Origin: Thraustochytrium aureum
Taxonomy: Eukaryota
Reading direction: 5' to 3'
DNA: 34,463 nucleotides
Assembly: GCA_012862495.1 (NCBI GenBank)
Contig: BLSG01000345.1
Span: 127,624 to 162,086, forward strand
The notes beneath the pieces are model-generated. The model was given only the letters and a program-made list of their open reading frames with translations, was not told the origin of the DNA and made no database searches. The translations under genes were made by a program, and so were the position numbers. Positions 9,434 through 20,059 of the stretch are shown here, one piece after another; the first letter of the stretch is position 1; each line of letters starts with the position of its first letter.

Positions 9434-11476
9434 ATGTGGACTGGAGCCAACTGCAGCGCCCAAAGGCCGCAGCGGCAGCAAGGATGTACGGCTCTAGGCT
9501 CGCTGCTCGTCATCGCAGTGTATCTATTTGTCTGGCAAAGTAGGTTTCTCCCGGATGCCGTAGAGTTGCAGGTATCTGTTGTGCACCTGAGCGCTGAGGG
9601 CCCGAACAGAACTGGCGCTCGAGGGGGCTTGAACAAAACTGGAGCTCGAGGCCTGCACTCGGCAGGCGACGGCAAAGCACAAATTGCGTTTACCCACGTA
9701 GTGTCCTGGTTTGAAGGGCGCTCGGAGAAGGAGCAAGCACTGGCTCGGATTACGAGGCAGAGCTGGTACGTGGCTGCCGAGTTTGCCAAAGAGCGCGGCA
9801 TCCAAGTCGAACTGCTGGACCTTCGGTTCAACGGCGTACAGGACCCCCCCGATCTCAGCGCGGGAGTTCAGCGAGTAGAGCCCCTGCTGGTCCAAGTGAG
9901 GTCGCCTAGCGGGCGCACAGTTCCTTCCGTTGGCGAAATTTTCGACAAAGCGGCCACTCTGAGCTCGCACGACTGGGTCGTCTACACGAATGCAGACATC
10001 GGCATGCTGCCCGACTTTTTCGTGCGTCTAGCGAGCAAAATCAGGTCGCACAAAGTGCAAACAAGCAACGGCCTCTGGCTCCGCGACGTGGCGGAGCGCG
10101 TTTACGGCCCATACAGCGCCTGCGCGAGTTCGAGGCTTCTTCGCAGGTGCCGCTTCAGACTCGCAATTTGCGCCGCTAACGCCATTGAGCTCTTCGTAGA
10201 GTTGGGGGTCAGCCGGGACGCGGGGGCGCTCCACTCCCTCTTGGACGTGTTGTGGCTGCGATGGGCCGCAGCTTCACTGTCGAACCTGACATGCAGTGAG
10301 CAGCAAGGGCCGGTGGCCAACTGCTTGTGCGCCGAACCGGGCTATGAAGCGGTTCAGCTGCAAGCGATGCGGGATGCCACCTTTCAGGTTTTGGAGCCTG
10401 CTGTCAGCGAGCGCAACGAATCCCTGCACGGGGCGCGAAATGAACCCGTAGGTGGCGAGCGCTTCCAGAGCAGTGCGCAAGCGGACGGTGACCACGACGA
10501 CGGCGCGACCAACAAACCCACGCACGGTGGGGCGTCCAGCCCCCAGCGCGCTCGCAGGCTCCCGGCCGATCCGGACACAGTTGCGCGGCTCGCACAGCAG
10601 GCCCTTGACAAGCTCGAAACAGTAGCGTGGCGCCAGCCGGATGGCGTTCTCGTGGGCACGATCACGCGCCTCGACATCCCAAACTACTGGGTTGACAAGC
10701 TTGATCCAAAACGGCCAGGCGTCCTTTCCGCCGCTATTCAGGCTGCGAGGCAACTGGGGCAAGTGCACCCAGGGAACGACTGCTTCTTCATGCCGCGTTC
10801 CGCGATCCCGCACCCGTTCCGAGAGCTCCATCACCCAATCGGCGTTCGACCCTGGGGCTTTTGGTTGGAAACTGCTCTTCGCATCAGCGCGAAATCGACA
10901 TGGCTTCGCATTTCAGCGACCCGGGAGGACGCGTGGACCTTTCACCTTGGCTCGAGCCGAAATTTTGCGATGAAATACCTCTCCACGAGCGCCGTGGACG
11001 AATTGATGGATTTGCACGGCAACTGGATCTTGACCGCCCCCGCCATTGCGGCAAGATCGGCGCAAGCCCCTGTGTACTGCAATAATCGCGGCGCTTACTT
11101 GTCGACGCGATTCTGCGCAAAGGTCGGCGAGTTTTGCCGAGGACAAGCGCACCTTGGTTGCACTCTCGCCGCCCCAATCACGCGGCCTGACTTGGGGTTA
11201 TTGCGGAACCGCTGCGTGCAGCTCGTTGCTGAGGGAGTGGCCGTTCCTCAACCAAGGTGCTCCATGTGCAACGAATTGCGCAAGCGGGAGCGCGCCGCAG
11301 GGCGCAGCGCGTTTGGCCCACGACTGGCCGCCGCACCTCCGCTTCAGTGCTCGTCAGAGTCAAGCTTTTGCTCCAAGCGCACGCGGTGCTCGTGGTGGGA
11401 CCAGCTGCAGGCAGAGGCGACGCAGTCGCGCCGGGCGGTCGCGACGCGACACCCGCACAAGGCAGGCCACCTGTAA
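9434..11476 (+). CDS. Uncharacterised type II membrane protein, putative GT-A-like glycosyltransferase (680 aa)
   Basis: Long ORF with an N-terminal hydrophobic helix (LGSLLVIAVYLFVW), a DWVVYTNADIG acidic motif, HPGNDCF, TFHLG and a Cys-rich C-terminus. The function is inferred from motifs only. Confidence 0.55.
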   Translation: MWTGANCSAQRPQRQQGCTALGSLLVIAVYLFVWQSRFLPDAVELQVSVVHLSAEGPNRTGARGGLNKTGARGLHSAGDGKAQIAFTHVVSWFEGRSEKEQALARITRQSWYVAAEFAKERGIQVELLDLRFNGVQDPPDLSAGVQRVEPLLVQVRSPSGRTVPSVGEIFDKAATLSSHDWVVYTNADIGMLPDFFVRLASKIRSHKVQTSNGLWLRDVAERVYGPYSACASSRLLRRCRFRLAICAANAIELFVELGVSRDAGALHSLLDVLWLRWAAASLSNLTCSEQQGPVANCLCAEPGYEAVQLQAMRDATFQVLEPAVSERNESLHGARNEPVGGERFQSSAQADGDHDDGATNKPTHGGASSPQRARRLPADPDTVARLAQQALDKLETVAWRQPDGVLVGTITRLDIPNYWVDKLDPKRPGVLSAAIQAARQLGQVHPGNDCFFMPRSAIPHPFRELHHPIGVRPWGFWLETALRISAKSTWLRISATREDAWTFHLGSSRNFAMKYLSTSAVDELMDLHGNWILTAPAIAARSAQAPVYCNNRGAYLSTRFCAKVGEFCRGQAHLGCTLAAPITRPDLGLLRNRCVQLVAEGVAVPQPRCSMCNELRKRERAAGRSAFGPRLAAAPPLQCSSESSFCSKRTRCSWWDQLQAEATQSRRAVATRHPHKAGHL

Positions 11477-11580
11477 AGCTGGCGTCCGCGAGCTTGTGAA
11501 AACTGCTTTGTCATTACACTCTCTGCCCTCTGCCGTTCTCAATACCTGCGACGCCGCACAAGGGCCGTAAACTAGGTCGC

Positions 11581-12451
11581 CTACTGCAGCTGCCAAAACT
11601 CTGCGATCTTTGTGCGGCAGAGCGGGCACTTGGCCTCGGCACACGTGAGGCGCTCAGCACACTCGACACAGAGACAGAGATGCATGCAGGGCAAAACGGT
11701 GGTGTTCCTGACTTCGGTCAAGCACACGACGCACTCTTTGCCGTCCGTGCTCTCGCCGTCCGCGTTTTCGTCGTGGCCGCTATCCGTCCCATACATCTCG
11801 CGGACGACGTAAAGCGTGCTGCCAATCGCCACAGCGCGCTGGAACTCCTTGAGCACGAAAACCTCGTCTTCCTTGCTAAGGCTGAATGAGACGCACTGAC
11901 TGTCAGCCAGCTTGGCCACATCCCCGCTGGTGGGCGCCGCGGCGCCAGCGGCATCACGGTCTCGAACGACCTCGACGACCAGAGGCGTTGTCTTGGAGCC
12001 CTTGAAGTACAGGAGCTGCTGGGCGGGAACTGTAGCAGGGTTCAAGAACGGTGCAAACGAAATCGACTGCCTCGGGTGGCTCAAACCTTGCCGAGGCAGA
12101 GACGAGGCTTTTGAAAAAGGTGCCCTCAGAAGGAGATTCAAGCTGCTCTGCCACGGCATGCACCATGATGCGCCCGGCGCATTCGGCGTCAAGCGTGATT
12201 TCGAGACCGAGGAGGCCATCGTCTCCGGCAACCAGGCGAGCGGACTCGCGAACAAGGTTGACGGGATTGCGCACATTCAATGCTCGTCTCACCTCAGGGC
12301 CCGCCTGCAGCACGCTCGAGCCGCCCCTGCCCAGCGGACCCGGCGCATCGATCCGATGGTTTCTCGAGGACTCGCTTGCGACGTCCGCCCAGCTCCGTGT
12401 GGGGGCTGCGCTTGCCCCGGCCGCCCCGCCTCCGGATTGTCTATTGCCCAT
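11581..12451 (-). CDS. MGRN1/RNF157/LOG2-like RING E3 ubiquitin ligase; apparent frameshift near 12090
   Basis: N-terminal MGNRQS (myristoylation-type), VRNPVNL, YVVREMYG and a C3HC4-type RING (ECVVCL...LPCMHLCLCVECA...CPLCR). Split over ORFs 11954-12451 and 11581-12276. Confidence 0.85.
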
Positions 12452-12602
12452 CGCGCTCTAGAGCGAGCCCTCGCGCGCCAGAGCCGGCGGCAGGCGCCAG
12501 ATTCCGAGTGCGAGGCGCAGCGAGTGCAAAATGACGCCGACCAAAGTGCGAAAGAAAAACCGCGCAGTCTTGCTCCCTGCCAGCGCCACCACCAAGCGCC
12601 CG

Positions 12603-12647
12603 CAACCACCAGCAACCGCAGTAGCCACAGCAGCAGCAGCAGCAGCA
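12603..12647. repeat. (CAG)n-like trinucleotide microsatellite
   Basis: cagcagcagcagcagcagca with degenerate flanks. Confidence 0.7.
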
Positions 12648-12950
12648 CGGGCGCCACAAAAAGCAACGAGCACCAACCCGCTCGAGCTCCACGGACACAC
12701 TGCACTGCCCGCGGCGCCTCTCTCTCTCTCGCTTGAGCAAGCTCTCTCCTCGCCACCCTAACCGATATTCCGCCACGCTATCCAAACCGACTGCCTAGAT
12801 TCCGCCGAATCGGGGCGTTTTTCATAGACATGAAAACCGGGGAATAATCGGACCGGAATACGGCGGTAGCGTGCAGAGGGCAGTTTCTTTCTCAGCTCCC
12901 CGTGTGACCGACCCGATTGGTCCGTTCGCCCTCGCAGTTCCGCATCGGGC

Positions 12951-12987
12951 GCCAGCCAGCCAGCGTGCCAGCCAGCGTGCCAGCCAG
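12951..12987. repeat. gccagccagc(gt) short tandem repeat
   Basis: gccagccagccagcgtgccagccagcgtgccagccag is directly visible. Confidence 0.75.
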
Positions 12988-13400
12988 AGTCCTTTCCAGT
13001 GCCCGCGGCGCTCGTCCTGGCGGCCGTACGGGCGGCGGCCCTGGCGGTCCCTGGCTCTTCCCGGCTTTTCTGGCGGCCCCGGGCGTCCCTCGGTTCGTTT
13101 TCCTGGTGGTCCCCACGTGCGTACACAATACGTTGATGCTCGTGTGGGCGGAAGCTGAATCTGGTTGGTTGTTGCGCAGGCCGTGACGGACGAGGAAAGC
13201 GTGCACGGCGCGCGCAACGGCGGCGGTGGATGCTGGAAGGTTGTTGGTGATCTTGGTGGGGTTTTGCTGCGTTGATTTCGCACAGTTTTGCGCCTGGAGA
13301 AGCGCGCGCTGAGGTTGTGCTCGAGGTGCCGGCGGTGCTGAGCGCTTAGCGCCTCGGCAAGGCCGTCCAAATATGCCGGAGCAAGCTGCTGTGGACGGGG

Positions 13401-15649
13401 ATGTCGGTGCTGATGATGGAGGGTCAAACTGGCGGTGCGCGGATCGGTGAGCACGCGATGGAGGAGGCGATGACTGGCGAGGACTCCGAAGACGCCGAGG
13501 GCACTGAGAATGAGGGCGGCGAGAACTCCGAAGACGAGGACGAAGAAGTGGAGGAAGAGGACGGCGACGAAGAAGACGGCGAGGAAGAAGACGATGAGAA
13601 TGAGGACAACGAGCATGAGGACAACGAGCATGAGGACAACGAGCATGAGGACAACGAGCATGAGGACAACGAGAATGAGGACAACGAGAATNNNNNNNNN
13701 NNNNNNNNNNNNNNNNNNNNNNNNNNNNNNNNNNNNNNNNNNNNNNNNNNNNNNNNNNNNNNNNNNNNNNNNNNNNNNNNNNNNNNNNNNNNNNNNNNNN
13801 NNNNNNNNNNNNNNNNNNNNNNNNNNNNGAAGACGACGAGGAAGAAGGCGGCGAGGAAGACGAAGACGAGAATGAGGACCCCAAGCACCATGCCAAAGAG
13901 TATGAGGACGAAGGCAAGATGGCAGTCGAAACGGAGAGCAAGCAGGGCACGGACGAGGAAGACAGGAAAGGCGACAGCGATGGTGAAGATCCTGAGAACG
14001 CCAGAAATGAGGCTGTCACGGGAAGCGATTCTGCAAAAGCAAGCATCAAGGCAAGCAGTGGCGGCGACAGCAGCGCTGACGGCGGGGGTACAGAAACAGT
14101 GGAGGACTCTGAGGAAGTGGTCGGGCCAAACAACTCCACAAGACCTTCACAGGACAGCAGTTTGAGCTCTCCTAGCACTTCAAATGCCGTGGACGGGCAA
14201 GCGAACGAAGAAAGACCTCCGCTGGGATACGAGAGCGAGGATCACGAGGTCCTGCATGCTTCCGCAACCAAGGTCCAGGCGTCTGGTCGCGGCATGATTG
14301 CACGGAAAGAATTTACCAAGGCAAAACGAAGCGCGACCAAGATCCAGGCCTCGTCGCGCGGCCATTCTGTTCGCAAAACGGTCAAAGTGCGCGCTGAGCG
14401 AGCAAACACAGATCGGCGAGTGACCGCACTGAAAGCAGAGTTGGAAAAGGCCGCAGCTGAGCAGCGTGAGCGCGCAAAGTACGAAAAAGCCAAGCTCGTC
14501 TTAGAGGCCGCGCTGCTCAACAAGCTAAAACGAAGCAAGATCGACGCGTTCGAGGAGCGACGGAAGAAAGCCGCCACCGAGGTGTGCAAGGAGCAGCTAC
14601 GCGAGCTGAAACGGCGCAAGCAGCTGGAGATGGCACAGCGCCTCAAGGCGACCAACGAGCGCCTCAGTCAGCGCTGCAAGATGGCCTCCGCAAAGGTCGA
14701 CGACCTGATCGCCCAAGCGCGCCACGAGAAGGAGCGGAGCTTGCAGCCCGCCGTCGAGCCTGACGAAGCGGCGTTAAGAGAAGAGCTCGCCAAGCTCGAG
14801 GCACAAGAGGCCGACTGCCTCAAGCAGGTAGCCAAGGCGGCCGCGGAGAACAGGGCCATGCGCGAACAGGTCGCAGGCGAGACTGACTCTGTACTGTCCA
14901 CTAGCGGCACGCGCCTTCACGAAAAGGGCCTATTGCTGGACAAGGAGATTGAGCGACTGAGGAACGATCAAGTCGGGCTGAACAACGTCGTCCTGAGCTC
15001 GCAGCTCGCAGCACTAAAGTCGCTTGCAAAAGAGGCGACTCTCAGGGAGCGAGAGGCGGGCGCCATTCGAGCAGAGATCGACAAGGCCCAGCGGGAGCTG
15101 CGTGAGGAGAGGCGGCGCACGAACGAGGCGAAAGAAAAGTACGAGGCGGGGGCAGCAACGAGCGCGGAGCTTGCTGCGGACGGCTACACGAATGACACTC
15201 TTTCGATGCACGTCCACAAGCTTCGCGCCGAGCATAAAGCGCTCAATGCCGCAGTTCGGCACTTTGAAGCGGCCGAGCTCGGCTTGATTTCGCCCCAGGG
15301 TGCGTCGCGAATGACCACTGGGATGCTGAGCTCGCCGCGCGAGCTGCGCTTGAAGGAGAAGCTCAAACAGCACCAGCACGCGTCCGTCACTTTGCAGTCC
15401 AAGCACGACGCGCTTCAGAGGCAACTCGACCGCGGCGCGGAAACCGACAGCAAGAGGCAGCGCGTGTGGCGAGCCAGGACCCACGAGCTCGCTGTTGAGA
15501 AGGCCAAGCTCTTGGCCCACCTCGAGCACGTCGAGGCCTGCCTCAAAACACTCGTTAGCCGCAGAGCAAAGCTCGCTTCTCGCCGCAACCCCACCCTGCG
15601 AAAAATTGCGGTTGGGGATAGGGGATCCCAGCGACTCGCTGCCCTGTAG
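13401..15649 (+). CDS. Acidic N-terminus, two IQ motifs and long coiled-coil protein (spans gap 13692-13828)
   Basis: E/D-rich frames on both sides of the gap. IQ-like motifs ATKVQASGRGMIARK and ATKIQASSRGHSVRK, followed by ~400 aa rich in E/K/R/A/L. Confidence 0.75.
13596..13691 (+). repeat. 15-bp coding tandem repeat gag(c/a)atgaggacaac encoding E(H/N)EDN, at least 6 copies, running into a gap
   Basis: Directly visible. The adjacent gap is probably caused by this repeat. Confidence 0.9.
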
Positions 15650-15896
15650 CCGGGCGGTGGTTGGTTGGGTCGGAAGCACTCGCATTGAGTCGGGCGCGGG
15701 AAGCTGTGTGCGGGGTCAGCGTTTTCAGAACAGGTTTTGGACATTGCTGTTGTTGAGGGGCGACCCGGCCCAAGCTTTAGAAGTTTCACATCAATTGCTG
15801 GCAATTTTGCAATCAGGGCTCTTACATGAACAGGGGTCACGGCTCTTATCCTCGACCTCACGGCGTCCACGACCGGGTTCGCTTTGCGCTTTGCGG

Positions 15897-16457
15897 TCAC
15901 TCGTTGAGAAATATCCTCGAGGCGATGTCGTCGACCAAGAAATCAATTCCTTCCACCAGGCCGTCGCCGGTGACGGCGCTGCAGGGGCGAATTTCCCAGT
16001 GCCTGTTTTTGAAGATCTCAGAGCCGAGCTCGAGGATCTCGGCGATCTGCTCGCTCGAGAGCGCGCCGGCAAGGTCTTGCTTGTTGGCAAACACGAGAAC
16101 AGAGGCGCCGGCGAGCTTCTCCTGCTGCAGAATTTTGTGGAGCTCGTCGCGGCACATGGTGAGCCTGCCGCGGTCGGCGCAGTCCACCACCCAGACGAGG
16201 CCGTCCGTCTCCTCAAAGTAGTTGCGCCAGTAGGACCTGATCGACACCTGGCCGCCGACATCCCACACGTTCAGCTGGAACCCTCGGTGCTCCAGCGTCT
16301 TGATGTTGAACCCGAGCGTGGGGCTTATCGTGTCAATATCCTCCCCGTTAAACTTCTTCAAGATGGTCGTCTTGCCGGCGTTGTCCAGCCCGAGCATCAG
16401 GATGCGCATCTGCTTTTCCTTCTGCTTCATCTTCTTCAAGATCGTCAGCAGCCCCAT
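15897..16457 (-). CDS. ARL2: ADP-ribosylation factor-like GTPase 2
   Basis: [55 protein letters not shown] and DDIASRIF; 186 aa, intronless. Confidence 0.95.
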   Translation of the reverse strand: MGLLTILKKMKQKEKQMRILMLGLDNAGKTTILKKFNGEDIDTISPTLGFNIKTLEHRGFQLNVWDVGGQVSIRSYWRNYFEETDGLVWVVDCADRGRLTMCRDELHKILQQEKLAGASVLVFANKQDLAGALSSEQIAEILELGSEIFKNRHWEIRPCSAVTGDGLVEGIDFLVDDIASRIFLNE

Positions 16458-16693
16458 CCTGCTCGTCCGCGCCACAAGCAAGCCCTTGCCGCGCCTCGAG
16501 CGCCTCCTTTCCAGCCGCGGCCCCGCAACGACCCAAGCAAACGCTGCTCTGCCTGCGCACCAATTCGCTCGTCCTCGCCACAGCAAAGCTGCAACGGCCC
16601 ATCGAACAAGAGAGCTGTTCGCCGGTCCGCCCCAATCAGCAGAGCAATCAGTTCAGGAGCAATCACGAGAGCTCGAGGCGGTCGCGAAGCCTG

Positions 16694-17112
16694 CGTCGCG
16701 TGGCCGGTGCACGGCATCTTCCGGCTGCTTGGGCATTGAAGGGTTGTTGGGCATCGACGGCGTCGTCGCGTGGCCGGAGCCGTGCACGGCATCTTCCGGC
16801 TGCTTGGGCATTGAAGGGGTTTGGGCATCGACGGCGTCGTCGCGTGGACGGGACTGCCGGCTTGCACGGCATCGTCAGCGTCGTCGTGTGGCACGGCATC
16901 GTCGCGTTGACGGCATCGTCGCGTTGCACGGCATCGAAGGGTTGCGTGGGCGTCGTCGTGTTGTAGGGCATCGTCGGCGTCTTCGCGTTGGACAGCATCT
17001 TCGCGCTGGACGGGATTGTCGCGTTGCACGGCATCGTCGGTTGCTTGGGCATCATCGGGTTGCACGGCATCGTCGGGTTGTTGTGCATCATCGGGTTGCT
17101 CGGCATCGTCGG
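16694..17112. repeat. Compound minisatellite: two ~70-bp copies followed by degenerate ~18-bp units (ggcatcgtcgggttgcac-like)
   Basis: gtgcacggcatcttccggctgcttgggcattgaaggg...gggcatcgacggcgtcgtcgcgtgg occurs twice (16694-16847), followed by repeated gcatcgtcg cores. Confidence 0.85.
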
Positions 17113-17252
17113 GTGTCCTCGCTGGACTTGGAAACCCTCGGGCCACGCTTGGCTTGGCAGAGGCTTGCGCCAGGAGTCTCTTGTGGAATTGGTTCCGTGT
17201 CGCGGGGCGGCTGGTGGCGGCTGTTGGTGAGCGGTTGGGGAAGAGGCGAAGA

Positions 17253-17828
17253 ATGGCGTTGGTCCGAGCGCTTACACGTCGGACCGCGAAACAGAACTGG
17301 ACACGGAGCCGGCGGCTGCTCTCGGGCCGCGCCTGGAGTGGAATGTACGACCCAGCGTATGTGGGCCCAGCGCCGGCAGTCCAGGGCAGCGCAGAGGTGC
17401 AAGCGCACGTCTATCTGTTGCTTGAGAACTTTGCGAGACTCACAGGGCGAGAGTTGTTCAAAGATAGAGACTGGCGCACCGCCCACGAGTCAACGGACGT
17501 TGTTCTCCTCTCCGTCGGCGTGGGCACCGACCCGATCTTGAACTATGGCAACGTGGCGGGACAAAAGCTCTTCGAGATGGACTGGGACACACTGACCACA
17601 ACGCCCGGCCGGCTAACCGCGCAAGCAGATGATCGCGCAGAACGGCAGGGGTTACTTGACAGTGTGGCTCGGGACGGGTTTACGGACGAATATAGCGGTG
17701 TGCGCATCTCAGCGAGCGGGCGCCGGTTCTTCATCCGAAAGGTGGCAGTGTTCAATGTGAAGGACGCTCAAGGCGAGCTGGTCGGCCAGGCCGCCACATT
17801 CCCAGCGCGCGTAGAGTGGCTGGACTAG
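17253..17828 (+). CDS. Stand-alone MEKHLA (PAS-like) domain protein with putative mitochondrial presequence
   Basis: LLLENFARLTGREL, DPILNYGN..GQKLFEMDW, RLTA...RAERQGLL, YSGVRISASGRRFFI and GQAATF match the MEKHLA domain. The N-terminal 30 aa are Arg-rich and lack acidic residues. Confidence 0.85.
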   Translation: MALVRALTRRTAKQNWTRSRRLLSGRAWSGMYDPAYVGPAPAVQGSAEVQAHVYLLLENFARLTGRELFKDRDWRTAHESTDVVLLSVGVGTDPILNYGNVAGQKLFEMDWDTLTTTPGRLTAQADDRAERQGLLDSVARDGFTDEYSGVRISASGRRFFIRKVAVFNVKDAQGELVGQAATFPARVEWLD

Positions 17829-18047
17829 CTTTAGCGAAAGGTCGTGCCCTTTTGGAGCGATCTCTCTCCAGAGCTGGAGAGGGCCGCCAAGACGCCGCAG
17901 TTCCACAACGGGAGCCTTCGCCTCCGGCAAGGCTCAGCCAAGACGACGCAGGAAGAAGAAAAACAAGAGAAACGACCCAGCGCTTGTTTCCGACTTTCGC
18001 TCCACTCCATACCTCTGCGCCACCGCCCCCTCACCGGCGCCAGTGCC

Positions 18048-19253
18048 TCAGGTCGTTGCGCAGTCCTTGACCCACATTTGCAGCGCAGTCGACGCGTTGG
18101 AACCGCGAAGAATCATCGCAGCCAAGTCGTCCGGATCAACCATGAGACGAACAGCCTGAAACTCTGGCGGAACGTGCGTGCGACCCTGGCCAGAACAGTC
18201 CTCGAGCGGCACGCTGCTCGGCGCGGCCACGTGCAGGTCGATCAGGTGCTCGAAGGCCTTGCGAAGGGTCCCCTTGACAACGCGCGATCCGTGCGCGGAC
18301 GAACGCTTGTAAAACCGCTCTGCCTCGTGGTGGACCATTTCAAAGTTGAACGTGCGGCGGCTCTGCGTCTTCTCTAGGTGCAGCATTGCGGTGAGCAGCA
18401 CAAACTCGGGCACAGAGAGGCCGGCCAAGACGTGCGCCATGAGGTCGCGCTCAAGCACAGCCTCCGCGTCCGTGAGGTCGGTCGGCTGCATCAGCCCGTC
18501 CTTGAGCGGCTTGCGGGCCATGGCAAGCCTCGACAGAGAGACGCTCACGAGCTTGAGGAGACGACCGACGCTGCTCCCCAATAGCCACAGACGTCGCAAC
18601 ACCGCAACCGTGCGCTCATTGCCGCGCACGAAACGCTCCATGATCTCGTTCCAGTCACTGCCAGCAGCAGCACCTTCAAGCCGCAGTCGCTCGAGCAAAA
18701 TGGCTTGGAGGTCCTCAAACGAGGGCTGCGCCAAAAACAGCTGCCGGTCATCAAAACGCGACCTGACGCGCTTTTCCAGCGACGAGGCAGCGTCCAGCTG
18801 GTCGGTGAGCCCCAGCACGACCACGCGCAAGTCGCGCGACTGAGTAAGGTCGACAAGATTGTACAGGAGCGTCTGCTTGGGTCTGGCCGCGAACGACTCG
18901 AACCGGTCAAGCACAAACACCACGGGGACGCCAGAGGCCACGCTTGAGCCCTCTCGAAGCACTGTCATCAGAAACCTGAGGTGCTGCGAGAATGAGCCCT
19001 TGCTCGAGAGTTTCGCCTGCGACTCGTCGACCGACGCGGTGGCCGCCGCACGCCGAGCGCTGGCTGAGGCACGTCCGATGTCGAGGTCGTGCTGCGCGAG
19101 CTGCCGCGTGATCTCGCGAACGGCCATCATGTCGTCTGTGAGAAACTCTCCGTTTAGTCGGACAAGGTAGAATGGCTTGAGCGCCTTGGCGCCGGGCGTG
19201 TGCTTGGCGCCAAGCTCCTTTTCCAGGTCCCGCAGCGCCAGGTCAACGACGAG
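18048..19253 (-). CDS. ORC4: Origin recognition complex subunit 4 (5' end in gap)
   Basis: VRLNGEFLTDDMMAVREITRQL, VVFVLDRFESFA..KQTLLYNL, LEKRVRSRF, FNFEMV and KAFEHL. The frame stays open from 19253 into the gap. Confidence 0.9.
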   Translation of the reverse strand, partial: LVVDLALRDLEKELGAKHTPGAKALKPFYLVRLNGEFLTDDMMAVREITRQLAQHDLDIGRASASARRAAATASVDESQAKLSSKGSFSQHLRFLMTVLREGSSVASGVPVVFVLDRFESFAARPKQTLLYNLVDLTQSRDLRVVVLGLTDQLDAASSLEKRVRSRFDDRQLFLAQPSFEDLQAILLERLRLEGAAAGSDWNEIMERFVRGNERTVAVLRRLWLLGSSVGRLLKLVSVSLSRLAMARKPLKDGLMQPTDLTDAEAVLERDLMAHVLAGLSVPEFVLLTAMLHLEKTQSRRTFNFEMVHHEAERFYKRSSAHGSRVVKGTLRKAFEHLIDLHVAAPSSVPLEDCSGQGRTHVPPEFQAVRLMVDPDDLAAMILRGSNASTALQMWVKDCATT

Positions 19254-20059
19254 NNNNNNNNNNNNNNNNNNNNNNNNNNNNNNNNNNNNNNNNNNNNNNN
19301 NNNNNNNNNNNNNNNNNNNNNNNNNNNNNNNNNNNNNNNNNNNNNNNNNNNNNNNNNNNNNNNNNNNNNNNNNNNNNNNNNNNNNNNNNNNNNNNNNNNN
19401 NNNNNNNNNNNNNNNNNNNNNNNNNNNNNNNNNNNNNNNNNNNNNNNNNNNNNNNNNNNNNNNNNNNNNNNNNNNNNNNNNNNNNNNNNNNNNNNNNNNN
19501 NNNNNNNNNNNNNNNNNNNNNNNNNNNNNNNNNNNNNNNNNNNNNNNNNNNNNNNNNNNNNNNNNNNNNNNNNNNNNNNNNNNNNNNNNNNNNNNNNNNN
19601 NNNNNNNNNNNNNNNNNNNNNNNNNNNNNNNNNNNNNNNNNNNNNNNNNNNNNNNNNNNNNNNNNNNNNNNNNNNNNNNNNNNNNNNNNNNNNNNNNNNN
19701 NNNNNNNNNNNNNNNNNNNNNNNNNNNNNNNNNNNNNNNNNNNNNNNNNNNNNNNNNNNNNNNNNNNNNNNNNNNNNNNNNNNNNNNNNNNNNNNNNNNN
19801 NNNNNNNNNNNNNNNNNNNNNNNNNNNNNNNNNNNNNNNNNNNNNNNNNNNNNNNNNNNNNNNNNNNNNNNNNNNNNNNNNNNNNNNNNNNNNNNNNNNN
19901 NNNNNNNNNNNNNNNNNNNNNNNNNNNNNNNNNNNNNNNNNNNNNNNNNNNNNNNNNNNNNNNNNNNNNNNNNNNNNNNNNNNNNNNNNNNNNNNNNNNN
20001 NNNNNNNNNNNNNNNNNNNNNNNNNNNNNNNNNNNNNNNNNNNNNNNNNNNNNNNNNNN

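Noticed and set aside
16694..17112. CRISPR-like array
   Set aside because: The units are degenerate tandem repeats without unique spacers, there are no cas genes, and the context is eukaryotic.
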